Below, piece after piece: positions 28,298 through 38,624 of a stretch of DNA of 64,000 bases; the first letter of the stretch is position 1, and each line of letters opens with the position of its first letter. The position numbers and the translations under genes were made by a program. The notes below the pieces were generated by a model. The model saw nothing but the letters and a program-made list of their open reading frames with translations. It was not told where the DNA came from and did no database searches. The stretch comes from Pseudomonadales bacterium (lineage in GTDB: Bacteria > Pseudomonadota > Gammaproteobacteria > Pseudomonadales > CAWVSB01): positions 384,563-448,562 of the forward strand of contig JBALVY010000001.1 of NCBI GenBank assembly GCA_036960375.1, in the 5' to 3' direction.

Positions 28298-29830
28298 CTA
28301 GGCGGCCTTGGCTTTAGCCGTCTTTTTTATTTTGCTGGCCTTTTTGCGTGGTGCTTTAGCTTTGGGTTTCTCACATTGCGCCAATAGCTCCTCAAAACTG
28401 TCTCGCAGGCACTTGGAGTAGACGGCAGGGTCGGGAACTGCCGTGCGACAAGCATTAATTGTGATGGTGATCATGTCATACAGACCGGTGACTGTATGAT
28501 AGAGCCCCATACGCTGCTGTAGTACGCCCAAGCCAAACAAGTCGACCATTTTGGCGCCTGCAAAGTAGATTGGCTTATTGATGATCGGTATGTTTGACAC
28601 AGTGGTATTGGGTGTTTGACCCATATTACTTAATAAGCCAGAGCCAATATTATTGTGTAAACCAAATGATGTGAGCAAGGGTGGCAAAATGTCTGCGATA
28701 TCGGCCGAGACGTTAGTGCCTTTTGCATTCATGTGAATCTTTGCTTCCGTTGTGCTGGCATGAATGGCCTTAAGCCTCGAGACCGGGTCTTTGATGTCGG
28801 TGCATAACGATGCGCTCATTTCGGTTAAGTTATTGCGCCCGTCGCTGAGCCCTTTGCCGGGGTTGACTGGCGAGTTAGCAATCAAGGCTTGGGCAGGTAA
28901 TTCATCTTTTGCTTCAAGATAGCGACGCATGCCGCCACTAATTACCGCCAGTGCTACATCGTTGATGGTGGCGCCCGGACAGAGTTGACGGATGAGCTCT
29001 ACGTCGGCAATGGGGATACGCAATTTTCCAACCGTGCGGTAAGGGGAGACCGAACGGTTAAACCGCGTTTTGACCACCTCTTCCTGGCGCTGCAAAAATC
29101 CTTTGCGCTGAGCGCTGCTAACGGCTTGATAGCTGTTCAGGCTGTCCCCAATGAGCTTGATGCTTTTAACTCCCCTGCGCAGGCTGTTCACTGCTGCACG
29201 TCGCAGCAGCTCTGTGCTTGCAGGGGCAGCTTCTTTCATGGGGACCGGTGGTCTGCTAGATCTTACGGGTTTAGCGGGGCTTAGGTCGTGCATGGCAGTG
29301 AACCAGTCCAACCCGGTTAGGCCACCCATAGCGGCTTGATGGATTCTTAACATAATGCAGAAAGAGCCCGGGGGGATGCCATTCAGCTTGTTTAAGCCCT
29401 CAATAACGTAGGCCTCCCATAATGGCCTGGCTCTATCAAGCGGGCGGCTTTTTAGTCGAGCTAGCTGAATATAGAGCTGACGCCAGTCGCCCGGTTGTGG
29501 CAAGGCAATGTGACGTACATGGTATTCAATATCAAATTCCTGATCTTCTATCCAGTAAGGATGATCCAGGTTCAGTGGGACTTTTAGCAGACGACGTCTA
29601 AACAGGCTGTTTTTTGGCAGGTTGTTTTCGAAAACTTGTAAAATGTCCTTAAAACGGACCTGACCCCCGGGCGCAGTGGAAGGATCGTATATAGCGATTG
29701 GACTGACTGTCATTGGTAGGCCAGGCATTTCTGCCTGCAAGGAAAGCCCTTCCAGGCCGTTCAGTTGTTGCATATTGCGCTCCGATAAATAGCGTAAGTC
29801 ATGATAGGTATATGGAGCGAAGTGTAACAT
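28298..29830 (-). CDS. Wax ester synthase/diacylglycerol acyltransferase (WS/DGAT) family protein with non-canonical active-site motif
   Basis: 510 aa. Family landmarks are present: PLDRARPLWEAYVIEGL and the C-terminal DUF1298-like region. HHxxxDG is replaced by HQAAMGG (29321-29341). An alternative start is MQQLNG at 29773. Confidence 0.8.
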   Translation of the reverse strand: MLHFAPYTYHDLRYLSERNMQQLNGLEGLSLQAEMPGLPMTVSPIAIYDPSTAPGGQVRFKDILQVFENNLPKNSLFRRRLLKVPLNLDHPYWIEDQEFDIEYHVRHIALPQPGDWRQLYIQLARLKSRPLDRARPLWEAYVIEGLNKLNGIPPGSFCIMLRIHQAAMGGLTGLDWFTAMHDLSPAKPVRSSRPPVPMKEAAPASTELLRRAAVNSLRRGVKSIKLIGDSLNSYQAVSSAQRKGFLQRQEEVVKTRFNRSVSPYRTVGKLRIPIADVELIRQLCPGATINDVALAVISGGMRRYLEAKDELPAQALIANSPVNPGKGLSDGRNNLTEMSASLCTDIKDPVSRLKAIHASTTEAKIHMNAKGTNVSADIADILPPLLTSFGLHNNIGSGLLSNMGQTPNTTVSNIPIINKPIYFAGAKMVDLFGLGVLQQRMGLYHTVTGLYDMITITINACRTAVPDPAVYSKCLRDSFEELLAQCEKPKAKAPRKKASKIKKTAKAKAA

Positions 29831-29888
29831 TCCTGTGAACTGATCGGGTTACGCTAAATCAACGTATATAAGCGTATAATCGGTGATT

Positions 29889-29903
29889 CTAAATAAGATT
29901 TAG
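29889..29903. promoter_or_regulatory. Small inverted repeat in the divergent WS/DGAT-like / RND intergenic region (candidate operator)
   Basis: CTAAAT-aag-ATTTAG: 6-bp arms and a 3-nt spacer. Weak; short AT-rich palindromes arise by chance. Confidence 0.2.
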
Positions 29904-29961
29904 TGGGAGTGTCGCGATATGATACGGCCCATCAACGATATATAACGGCTGTAGGTACTGG

Positions 29962-31149
29962 ATGACTTTGGCAAAAGAAAAATGGTTCCCCTTGATAGTC
30001 CTTGTTTTAGGGACATTGCTTGTAGTGGCCTTGCTGTATGGCAAGCCAAAACCTGAACCCAGACCTGCCCCCGACGCTATGCCACCCTTGGTTGATGTGA
30101 TTGCCCTGATGCCTGCCGCTCGGGTTATTCCGTTGCACACACAGGGCACAGTGCAGCCACGGCGTGAGATAGACCTTGTGACGCAGGTTGCGGGCCAGGT
30201 ACAAGTGGTGGCAACTGATTTCGCCGCTGGCGGTTTTTTTGCGGGCGATGAAACGCTGGTGCAAATTGACAGGGCGGACTATGAGATCGAGCTGATCAGC
30301 GCCAAGGCCAAAGTTGCAGATGCTCGCCAGATACTCGCTATGGAAGAAGGTCGTGCCCGACAGGCAAAAAGGGAGTGGCGTGAGCTAGGTGATAAAGAGG
30401 CTAATGCCCTGTTTTTGCGTAGCCCGCAGGTAGCAAGCGCGCAGGCTAAATTGCTAGCGGCTGAAGGAGATGAACGTAGAGCGCAGTTAAACCTTTCACG
30501 CACGAAAATTTCCGCACCCTATGCCGGGCGTATACGAGAGACTTATGTCGATGTAGGTCAATATGTTACTCCGGGTACAAAAATTGCCCGTGTTTACGCT
30601 ACTGATAAAGTTGAAGTGCGCTTGCCGTTGACCGATAGGCAGTTGGGCTTGCTGCACTTACCCATCAATTATTCGGATACGCATGAAAGCACCGAACAGG
30701 TGTCGGTCATCCTGCACGGCGTTTTTGGCGGAACGGCCTGGCAGTGGCCAGCCCAGATTGTCCGTACCGATGCCAGCATCGATGTACAGACCCGATTGAT
30801 GTATGCCGTGGCAGAAGTAGAAAACCCTTTTGCGCGTGACGAAACCTCCTCGCGGCCGCCATTGAATATTGGCCAATTTGTACAAGCCGAAATTGACTCG
30901 GTGCTGCTGCCTAATGTGGCTTTGGTGCCCCGCATCGCGTTGCAGGTAAATAACCAGGTGTGGCTGGTCGACAACAAAGACATCATGAGTTTGATGAGCG
31001 TTAAAGTACTTCAGGTAGATGGAACCACCGCGGCAATTCAAGCTGATTTCCCGGCTGAATCCAGACTGGTTGTTTCGCCGGTAACCGTGGCGGTAGATGG
31101 CATCAAAGTTAAAACGAGGCAAAATGCACTGGCCGAGGCAGATCTGTGA
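29962..31149 (+). CDS. Efflux RND transporter periplasmic adaptor (MFP)
   Basis: 395 aa with an N-terminal TM anchor, a coiled-coil hairpin and a barrel-sandwich region. It overlaps the downstream pump by 4 nt. Confidence 0.85.
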   Translation: MTLAKEKWFPLIVLVLGTLLVVALLYGKPKPEPRPAPDAMPPLVDVIALMPAARVIPLHTQGTVQPRREIDLVTQVAGQVQVVATDFAAGGFFAGDETLVQIDRADYEIELISAKAKVADARQILAMEEGRARQAKREWRELGDKEANALFLRSPQVASAQAKLLAAEGDERRAQLNLSRTKISAPYAGRIRETYVDVGQYVTPGTKIARVYATDKVEVRLPLTDRQLGLLHLPINYSDTHESTEQVSVILHGVFGGTAWQWPAQIVRTDASIDVQTRLMYAVAEVENPFARDETSSRPPLNIGQFVQAEIDSVLLPNVALVPRIALQVNNQVWLVDNKDIMSLMSVKVLQVDGTTAAIQADFPAESRLVVSPVTVAVDGIKVKTRQNALAEADL

Positions 31150-34100
31150 ATAGCGTGGTCAGATGGTTTGTAGATAACCCTATAGCGGCCAACTTGTTAA
31201 TGGTGATTATTGCCATTGGCGGAATTACTACTTTCCCGGTATTGGATAAAACCTTTTTCCCCGAGAGAGAAATCAACGAAATTTCCATCACAGTGCCTTA
31301 TCGTGGTGCCAGCCCGGCAGAGGTAGAGCAACAGATATGCATGCGTATAGAAGAGGCTGTTAGTAGCCTTGATGGCATAGACAAACTGAGGTCTATAGCA
31401 AAGGAAGGCAGTGGCAAGGTCATCATAGAGGTTGAGCCGGGCTTCGATACTATTCGCATGCTGAATGAGGTGAAATCTCGAGTTGACGGTATTACCACTT
31501 TTCCTGTGGAGTCTGAAAGGCCGCGGGTACGCGAGCGGCTATATCAATCGCGGGTGATTAGCGTTGCGTTGGCGGGTGACATTGGCGAGGCAAATTTAAA
31601 AGAACTGGGCGAGACGGTACGCGAAGAAATGTCGGCATTGCCCGATGTGCAATTAGTGGAGTTGCGTCGTCCGCGGGCCTATGAGTTAGGCGTAGAGGTC
31701 TCCGAAGATGATTTACGGGCGATGGGTTTGCGCTTCGAAGAGGTAGCCAACGTTGTCCGCGGACATTCAATTAACCTGCCAGCGGGAAAAATTCGCTCTG
31801 AAGGCGGCGATATTCAGGTACAAACGCGAGGCCAAAATTATATTGGTACCGAATTTGAAGATATTACCTTGCGCAGTAATCTGGACGGTGGCCGGGTTCG
31901 TTTGGGCGATGTCGCAACAATAACCGATGGCTTTGAAGAGGTTGATGTCATCAGTCGGTTCAACGGAAAAGCGGCCTTGTCGCTTCGAGTATCCGTCACT
32001 ACTAACCCCGACATACTAAAAACCAGTAACGCGGTGAATACGTATATAGATCAACTTCGTACGCGACTGCCTCCGGGTGTAGAGGTGGTGGTATGGCGCG
32101 ATATGTCGAATTCCTTTCGTGGCCGACTTGGGACGCTGGTAAGCAATGGCTTGACTGGTTTGGCTTTGGTTTTCATTGTGTTGTTGTTGTTTTTACGACC
32201 GCTGCTGGCTTTCTGGGTTTGTATCGGCATCGGAACGTCCTTTCTAGGTGCCCTGTGGTTTCTTCCCTATGGTGGTGAGAGCCTCAATATGATCACCTTA
32301 TTCGCGTTTATTTTGATATTGGGTATCGTGGTAGATGATGCCATTATTGTGGGGGAATCTATTTATACCCATCAGGCTCAGGGCATGAGTGCGCACGAGG
32401 CCGCGGTAAGAGGAACCCATTCGGTGGTTAAGCCAGTGTGTTTTGCCGTGCTGACCACGATGATTGTATTCGGTATGTTTTATTTATTGCCGAGTGATTC
32501 GCCTGAAGCTCGCGCTATGCCGACCGTCGTAATTGCAGCACTGTTCTTCTCTTTAGTCGAATCGCTATTTATTCTGCCCGCTCATCTTGCACATATGAAA
32601 CCAGAGCGCCCGGGCTCCATACCCTGGTTGGCATGGCTGGAGCGCTGGCGTGAAAAATTTGCCCGTGGAATGGAGCACCTGATAATCGAACGCTATCAGC
32701 CGCTATTGCGTCGCTGTATGACGCACAGAAATATCACGGTGGTTTCATTTCTGGTTGCGCTTAGTGTCTCTATGGCCTGGTATGGCGGCGGCTGGCTGGC
32801 GTCAAGTTTTTTCCCCAAGGTGCCCTCTGACTCCATGGTGGCAACGGTGTCGATGCCAGAAGGTGTACCTTTTAGTGAATTAGAAAAAGTGATGACTCAT
32901 CTGGAGCTCCAGGTTGAGCGATTGCGCAAAGAATACAATGTAACCGATGAGCTGCCCATTATTGGCCATGTTGAGGCCGGCGCTTACGACAATTCAGTGC
33001 GGGTGGTTGTTCAATTGGTTAATGCCAGTGAGCGCGGAATATCCAGCCTGGAGATGAAACGCCGTTGGCAGGGCTATATAGGTGAGCTGCCTCAGGCCAA
33101 AGACTTTAATATTCGCTCTACCATAGGCCGCAATAGTAAAGCGATTCAGTTGCAATTGACTTCGCCTGATATGGATACGTTGAAATTATTGGCGGCCGAG
33201 CTCAAGCAGGAGCTTGCCCGCTATCCGGGCACCTATAACATTGGTGATAGTCTGGAAAATCCGCGGCCTGAGATAGAACTTCGTCTAAAACCTTTGGCAG
33301 AAACATTGAATATTAGCTTGGCGGACGTGGCCCGTCAGGTGCGTCGGGCTTTTTACGGCGAGGAGGTGCAGCGAATACCCCGTCAGCGCGAGGACGTGCG
33401 TGTGATGGTGCGATATCCGCGAGATGAAAGAGAATCAGTCGATAGTTTGCTGACGATGCGAATTCGTACGCCCGAGGGTAAGGAGGTACCCTTTGAGGCA
33501 ATCGCAGAAGTAAATTTCGTGCCGGGTTACAGCGTTATTGAGCGAATTGATCGTAAACGAGTAGCCGAGGTGACTGCCGAGCTGCAGCGTGGTCATGACG
33601 CACGGGCAATTATTGATGCTATTTTGCTGGAGCGGGTGCCCGAGTGGAGATTACGTTTTCCCGGTAGTGGTGTAGTGCTAGAGGGAGAGCAGGAAGAGCG
33701 TCAGGAGTTTACTGACACGATGACCCGATTAATGATGGGTACGATGGCTCTCATCTTTGGTCTTATGGCTATCGCGTTTAAATCCTACTGGCAGCCTATC
33801 CTGATTGTTGTGGCAATCCCCTTTGGTATTATGGGGGCCGTTTTTGGACACGCCATCATGGGTAGAGATATGAGTATGTTTTCTCTGCTGGGAATTGTTG
33901 CCTGTGCCGGCGTCGTGGTGAATGACAATCTGGTGCTGGTAGACCGTGTTAATCGCTTACGAGACGAAGGGATGGAATTGTGGGACGCACTAGTTCAAGG
34001 CTCAAGCGATCGATTCCGGCCTATCATACTAACGTCACTTACGACGTTTATTGGTTTGCTGCCTATTATGATGGAGCGTAGCGTGCAGGCTCAATTTCTG

Positions 34101-34256
34101 ATCCCAATGGCTTTGTCTCTGGCATTTGGTGTGTTGTTTGCAACTACGGTTACGCTGTTATTTATCCCGTCCCTTTATCTGGTATGTGAAAGGATTAAGG
34201 CCTATTTCGCTGACACCAAAGAAGATGTGGCAGAGGCTTTGGGGAAGCACGACTGA
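31146..34256 (+). CDS. Efflux RND transporter permease
   Basis: 1036 aa from a GTG start, with RND topology and the VDDAIIV / VVNDNLVLV motifs. Confidence 0.9.
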   Translation: MNSVVRWFVDNPIAANLLMVIIAIGGITTFPVLDKTFFPEREINEISITVPYRGASPAEVEQQICMRIEEAVSSLDGIDKLRSIAKEGSGKVIIEVEPGFDTIRMLNEVKSRVDGITTFPVESERPRVRERLYQSRVISVALAGDIGEANLKELGETVREEMSALPDVQLVELRRPRAYELGVEVSEDDLRAMGLRFEEVANVVRGHSINLPAGKIRSEGGDIQVQTRGQNYIGTEFEDITLRSNLDGGRVRLGDVATITDGFEEVDVISRFNGKAALSLRVSVTTNPDILKTSNAVNTYIDQLRTRLPPGVEVVVWRDMSNSFRGRLGTLVSNGLTGLALVFIVLLLFLRPLLAFWVCIGIGTSFLGALWFLPYGGESLNMITLFAFILILGIVVDDAIIVGESIYTHQAQGMSAHEAAVRGTHSVVKPVCFAVLTTMIVFGMFYLLPSDSPEARAMPTVVIAALFFSLVESLFILPAHLAHMKPERPGSIPWLAWLERWREKFARGMEHLIIERYQPLLRRCMTHRNITVVSFLVALSVSMAWYGGGWLASSFFPKVPSDSMVATVSMPEGVPFSELEKVMTHLELQVERLRKEYNVTDELPIIGHVEAGAYDNSVRVVVQLVNASERGISSLEMKRRWQGYIGELPQAKDFNIRSTIGRNSKAIQLQLTSPDMDTLKLLAAELKQELARYPGTYNIGDSLENPRPEIELRLKPLAETLNISLADVARQVRRAFYGEEVQRIPRQREDVRVMVRYPRDERESVDSLLTMRIRTPEGKEVPFEAIAEVNFVPGYSVIERIDRKRVAEVTAELQRGHDARAIIDAILLERVPEWRLRFPGSGVVLEGEQEERQEFTDTMTRLMMGTMALIFGLMAIAFKSYWQPILIVVAIPFGIMGAVFGHAIMGRDMSMFSLLGIVACAGVVVNDNLVLVDRVNRLRDEGMELWDALVQGSSDRFRPIILTSLTTFIGLLPIMMERSVQAQFLIPMALSLAFGVLFATTVTLLFIPSLYLVCERIKAYFADTKEDVAEALGKHD

Positions 34257-34289
34257 CAAGGCTGCAGAGGGAACTTTGGCGAAGTGGGA

Positions 34290-36191
34290 TTAATCGGCAG
34301 GGCGTTCGTCTTTTAGGTATAAACGCACATCTTCTTTGAATGCTTTTTCACAGCGCACGAAGTCCTGCGGTTTGCCGGGGATTTTCAGTAATTGTGGAAT
34401 CCAGTACAAGCCGATATTGGCGAGGTTACGTATTACAGTCTCAGCTATGTCTGCATTCTTTAGGTCCATATCGAAGTCTTCGAAGCTTCCTTTTATACCT
34501 ACGGGTGTTGCAGCGCTAATAAAGTGGCGGCCCTTGGGTTGTGGCGCGAGTACAAGGTCTATCTGCTGTTGGTGAAAATCTACCTTCCCTCTACCTAGAA
34601 CCTGCATGCCACTGGTATCGACAAATAACGACTGAGCATCCATTTGGCCCTGTTCCATCGTAAAACGCGCTACGACACAGTTGAGCTCAGAAATATCATC
34701 ATGTCTGCCGGCGCCAGCGGTAACTAGATCGACGGCCCACAAATCAAAAACGTCGGATTCAAAATTTTCAGGCCATAGTGCAAAATTGAAATGGCCATCT
34801 GCGTTGCGCAGAAGATCGACAATGTCCACTGTGTCAGAGCGCAGGCTAATATCAAGATCCAATTTGCCGCGCACATCGCTATCGGGTTTGCGGCGTCGAG
34901 CGAGAATACCGTAATCGAAATCCTCGACTTTGGCTGAAAGGTAGATATCAGTTCCGCGTTGGCCCTCTTTTAGTTCGGCTTCAAGCAATAAATCGCCACC
35001 GGGTAGACTAAGATGCAGTGGAGCTAATATCGCTGTGCCGTCAATTATTTGAGCCATTGCGCTGCCGCTGCCAAGTGATTCATCGCCTGAGCGAACATCG
35101 TCAAAGGCTATATCAAAGTTGGCGTTGAAAAGATCCACGATGTGCCTATTGCTAGTTGGATTTGAACGGTCGTCATTGTTGTCCAAAAATTCCCAGCCAC
35201 CGCTTGGAAAGTCGTCTAGAAATATTTGAGAGCTGCGTAAGGTCACATTTAACTGGGGTTTGTTTGTTAGCTCCAGCGTAACATTGCCAGACAGCTCGCT
35301 GTTCCCTATTCGAAGCCGTGACTCGTTAAGGTGGTAGCCGGTTGGGGTTTCTGCCAGTGTTGCACTCAGTTCATAGTTTTTAAGCGGTGGAAGCTCTGTT
35401 TGTAAGATAGAAGCAAGTTTGTCGAAGCTGTCACCGCTTATGTTGAGCATGGCGGTAGCGTTTTTATTGTGGTTCAGCTGTAGCTTGGCGACGAGGTCGT
35501 GTAGCTGTAGATTAGCATCAGCTTTCCAGATGCTTGATGGGTCCAGCAGTAGTTCGAGTCCTGGAAATGACAAGGTCAGGACGTAGTGATTGTCATGAAA
35601 GTTACCTATGAACTCAAGTTGACCTTGACCAAACCAGGGAATATTGCCCGCGCCACTGTCTAGCTGAAGTTGGCTTTGCAGATTACGCTTGCGGTCCATG
35701 AGAAGTACGTGAATATCACTTAAGTTAAGTTGGTCCAAATTTACGGATAGCTGCCAGACTGATTCCGGGTCAAGAAAGAGCGGTTTTTTTTGTCTTAATT
35801 GTTGCTTCCAGTCTTTATCGTTGTTGGTTAGGGTGGCGGTGTCAATATTTAGCGTGACGCCATCGGCTGTCACTTCGTCTAGTTGAAGATGCTGTTGAAA
35901 TAATAGCAGTGGACCGAACTCAGCAGTCAGTAGTTCGGCCCGCAGAACTTCGCGGCCATCGATCTGGTCGCTGATAACGAGGCCGTTGATTTTAAGAGAG
36001 GAGGTAAAACCTAGCGTGACTTCGATATCCCCTTCAATACGAGAATCAAGACCGGTAAGTTGTTTGATAAAGAACGTAGCTGGAGCGGCTAGACCATTGA
36101 GTGTAAGGCTAATACCAACCGCAAAAGCCAGGGCTAATAGCAGAATTAGCCCCACCAGAACTCGTACTATATTTTTTGCTACTTGGGACAA
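34290..36191 (-). CDS. AsmA family protein
   Basis: 633 aa with a single N-terminal TM helix, then a long beta-rich region with repetitive 'L.L....G.L.L' segments typical of AsmA-like proteins. Confidence 0.55.
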   Translation of the reverse strand: MSQVAKNIVRVLVGLILLLALAFAVGISLTLNGLAAPATFFIKQLTGLDSRIEGDIEVTLGFTSSLKINGLVISDQIDGREVLRAELLTAEFGPLLLFQQHLQLDEVTADGVTLNIDTATLTNNDKDWKQQLRQKKPLFLDPESVWQLSVNLDQLNLSDIHVLLMDRKRNLQSQLQLDSGAGNIPWFGQGQLEFIGNFHDNHYVLTLSFPGLELLLDPSSIWKADANLQLHDLVAKLQLNHNKNATAMLNISGDSFDKLASILQTELPPLKNYELSATLAETPTGYHLNESRLRIGNSELSGNVTLELTNKPQLNVTLRSSQIFLDDFPSGGWEFLDNNDDRSNPTSNRHIVDLFNANFDIAFDDVRSGDESLGSGSAMAQIIDGTAILAPLHLSLPGGDLLLEAELKEGQRGTDIYLSAKVEDFDYGILARRRKPDSDVRGKLDLDISLRSDTVDIVDLLRNADGHFNFALWPENFESDVFDLWAVDLVTAGAGRHDDISELNCVVARFTMEQGQMDAQSLFVDTSGMQVLGRGKVDFHQQQIDLVLAPQPKGRHFISAATPVGIKGSFEDFDMDLKNADIAETVIRNLANIGLYWIPQLLKIPGKPQDFVRCEKAFKEDVRLYLKDERPAD

Positions 36192-36261
36192 AGAAAGACC
36201 GCCTTATTTAGAAGCGCCCATGTGGGCTATTGTCTATCCCTAGTATAGACCAAACTTTCGT

Positions 36262-37827
36262 TTAGCCTAAACTGTCTTCGGCGACAAAATACTTGGGGTC
36301 TTCGATGACATTCACTTCCACCAGATTACCCGCCTTGCGCAGCAAGGTACTACATTCTGCGCTCAGGTGTACCAGATGCAGTGTTTTTCCCGCGTTAAGA
36401 TAACGCACTGCCAGAGCGTCTATCGCCTCCAGTCCGGAATGGTCACAAACCCTGGAGCCGGCAAAGTCGATCACTACATCGTCATTGGCATCAGCCGGGT
36501 TAAACTGCTCTAGAAATGAGGTCACGGAACCGAAAAACAGCGGGCCGCTAACCGCATAGACAGTAGATCCTTTGTGATCTTCTTTTGCCTCTACTACCAC
36601 ATGCTTGGCGTGCTCCCAGGCAAATACCAGGGCCGAGACAATAACACCCACAATGACTGCGATTGCCAGATCGGTGGCGACAGTCACGCCAGATACCAGG
36701 ACGAGCACCATGGCGTCGCTACGTGGTACCTTGCCCATGATACGGAAGCTACTCCATTCGAAGGTGCCTACCACCACGATGAACATAACCCCTATAAGGG
36801 CTGCCAGCGGAATTTGTTCAATCAGCGAAGATCCTACCATAATAAATAACAGCAGAAATAATGCGGCAGATATACCCGATAAACGACCGCGACCGCCAGA
36901 GTTTACGTTGATCATGCTCTGCCCAATCATGGCGCAACCACCCATGCCACCAAAGAAGCCAGTGACAGTATTGGCGATGCCTTGACCGACACATTCTTTA
37001 TTACCGCGGCCGCGAGATTCGGTGATTTCGTCTACTAACCGGAGCGTTAACAATGATTCTATTAAGCCAATGGCCGCCAAAATAACGGAGTAGGGGAGTA
37101 TGATCATCAGGGTTTCAAAGTTAAATGGCACGGAAGGGATATGAAAGCTGGGTAGGCCGCCTTTGATAGATGCAATATCGCCGACCACTCGAGTGTTTAG
37201 GTCGAGACCGAAAACCAGCAGAGTCACTACCAAAATCGCAACTAATGAGGACGGCAGCGCAGTGGTAAAGCGAGGCAAGTAGCGAATAATGATCATGGTT
37301 AAGGCAACCAGCCCTAGCAGCATATAGAGCTGTTCACCGTGCAGCCAGGCAACATCTATAATGGAGCCCTGCATAAAAGTGCCGTCAAGCCAGCCGGCTT
37401 GTCCGGCTTCGCCGAACTGGCTAAGCTGTGCCAGAAATATCACGATGGCCAAGCCATTAACAAAACCTAACATAACGGGATGAGGCACCATGCGAATAAA
37501 CTTGCCGAGTTTCAATGCGCCGGCGGTAATCTGCAATATGCCCATCAGTACTACAGTGGCAAACAGATATTCAACGCCGTGGTCAGCAACAAGCGCCACC
37601 ATAACCACCGCCAGTGCACCGGTTGCTCCCGATATCATTCCAGGCCTACCACCGATACAGGCCGTAATCAAACCCACCATAAACGCCGCATATAATCCAA
37701 CCAGCGGATCAACCCCGGCTACAAAGGCAAAGGCTACAGCTTCTGGAACCAATGCCAGGGCAACAGTTAATCCAGACAGCAGGTCATTTTTTGCGGACGC
37801 CACCTTACTTGGGTGAAACTCAAACAT
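36262..37827 (-). CDS. SulP family inorganic anion transporter with C-terminal STAS domain
   Basis: 521 aa. N-terminus [20 protein letters not shown] leads into a multi-TM core, followed by a STAS-like C-terminus. Confidence 0.85.
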   Translation of the reverse strand: MFEFHPSKVASAKNDLLSGLTVALALVPEAVAFAFVAGVDPLVGLYAAFMVGLITACIGGRPGMISGATGALAVVMVALVADHGVEYLFATVVLMGILQITAGALKLGKFIRMVPHPVMLGFVNGLAIVIFLAQLSQFGEAGQAGWLDGTFMQGSIIDVAWLHGEQLYMLLGLVALTMIIIRYLPRFTTALPSSLVAILVVTLLVFGLDLNTRVVGDIASIKGGLPSFHIPSVPFNFETLMIILPYSVILAAIGLIESLLTLRLVDEITESRGRGNKECVGQGIANTVTGFFGGMGGCAMIGQSMINVNSGGRGRLSGISAALFLLLFIMVGSSLIEQIPLAALIGVMFIVVVGTFEWSSFRIMGKVPRSDAMVLVLVSGVTVATDLAIAVIVGVIVSALVFAWEHAKHVVVEAKEDHKGSTVYAVSGPLFFGSVTSFLEQFNPADANDDVVIDFAGSRVCDHSGLEAIDALAVRYLNAGKTLHLVHLSAECSTLLRKAGNLVEVNVIEDPKYFVAEDSLG

Positions 37828-38148
37828 GTGATGCTCTCAACTCAAACAGAAATAATCTACCGCGTCGCTGTGGGACGGGCAGACAAACAAAAAGGTACAC
37901 TAATCGGCAGGGATTTTATTATACGACGAGTGGAAAGGGCGGCTATTCTAGCGAATACGGGGGTTTAATACAAATTGAGTGCTTTGGAGTTGTTCTTGTA
38001 TCGCCCGCTATTCAGACCATGGGAGCTGCGGCAGTTGGCAGCAACTTTACTGAAGAGTAAAGTGATGCCTATGTCCAAGGCTTATGTCGGGGACCAGTCA
38101 CAGTTGAGAAAATAGTAAAATATTTCGAAGTCAGTAAAGAGGGCATTC

Positions 38149-38619
38149 ATGAGAGCAACTTTAAGTGGACTGTTTGTTATAGGGAGTACTTTGTTTTTAT
38201 GCGCCCCGGTATTAGCTGTTGGGCCGGGCAAAGACACATTAACGCGTAATAATGTCCAAATATCACAATGTCTGGCTGACACGGTTACAGCGGCCTGGTC
38301 TCTGGATAGCATTTTTGGTGAGCCCACGGTAAATGGCAGCTTCAAATGGACTGGTAACGCCAAATGTAAATTGCACTACTCGACCAAGTTGCTTTTACAG
38401 ATAAGTAAATCGGGTAAAACGGCTTATATTGAGGTGTCACCAGTGCTGCCGAAAGCAAATGAAGCCTATGGTTTCAACACAACGGGTTCCCCTGATTGGA
38501 GCAGTACTGTTTGTCTCTATAATGGTAACCAGAAAACGGAATGTCTCGAAGAGAGTGCAGCAAAACGACTGTGGAAGTCGGGAAAAATTACAGATTTTAT
38601 GTTTATCTGGCAAGACTAA
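38149..38619 (+). CDS. Hypothetical secreted protein (signal peptide, 4 Cys in mature part)
   Basis: 156 aa. AGAGGG lies 6 nt before the ATG. Signal peptide LFVIGSTLFLCAPVLAV. I recognise no family. Confidence 0.5.
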   Translation: MRATLSGLFVIGSTLFLCAPVLAVGPGKDTLTRNNVQISQCLADTVTAAWSLDSIFGEPTVNGSFKWTGNAKCKLHYSTKLLLQISKSGKTAYIEVSPVLPKANEAYGFNTTGSPDWSSTVCLYNGNQKTECLEESAAKRLWKSGKITDFMFIWQD

Positions 38620-38624
38620 ATACC

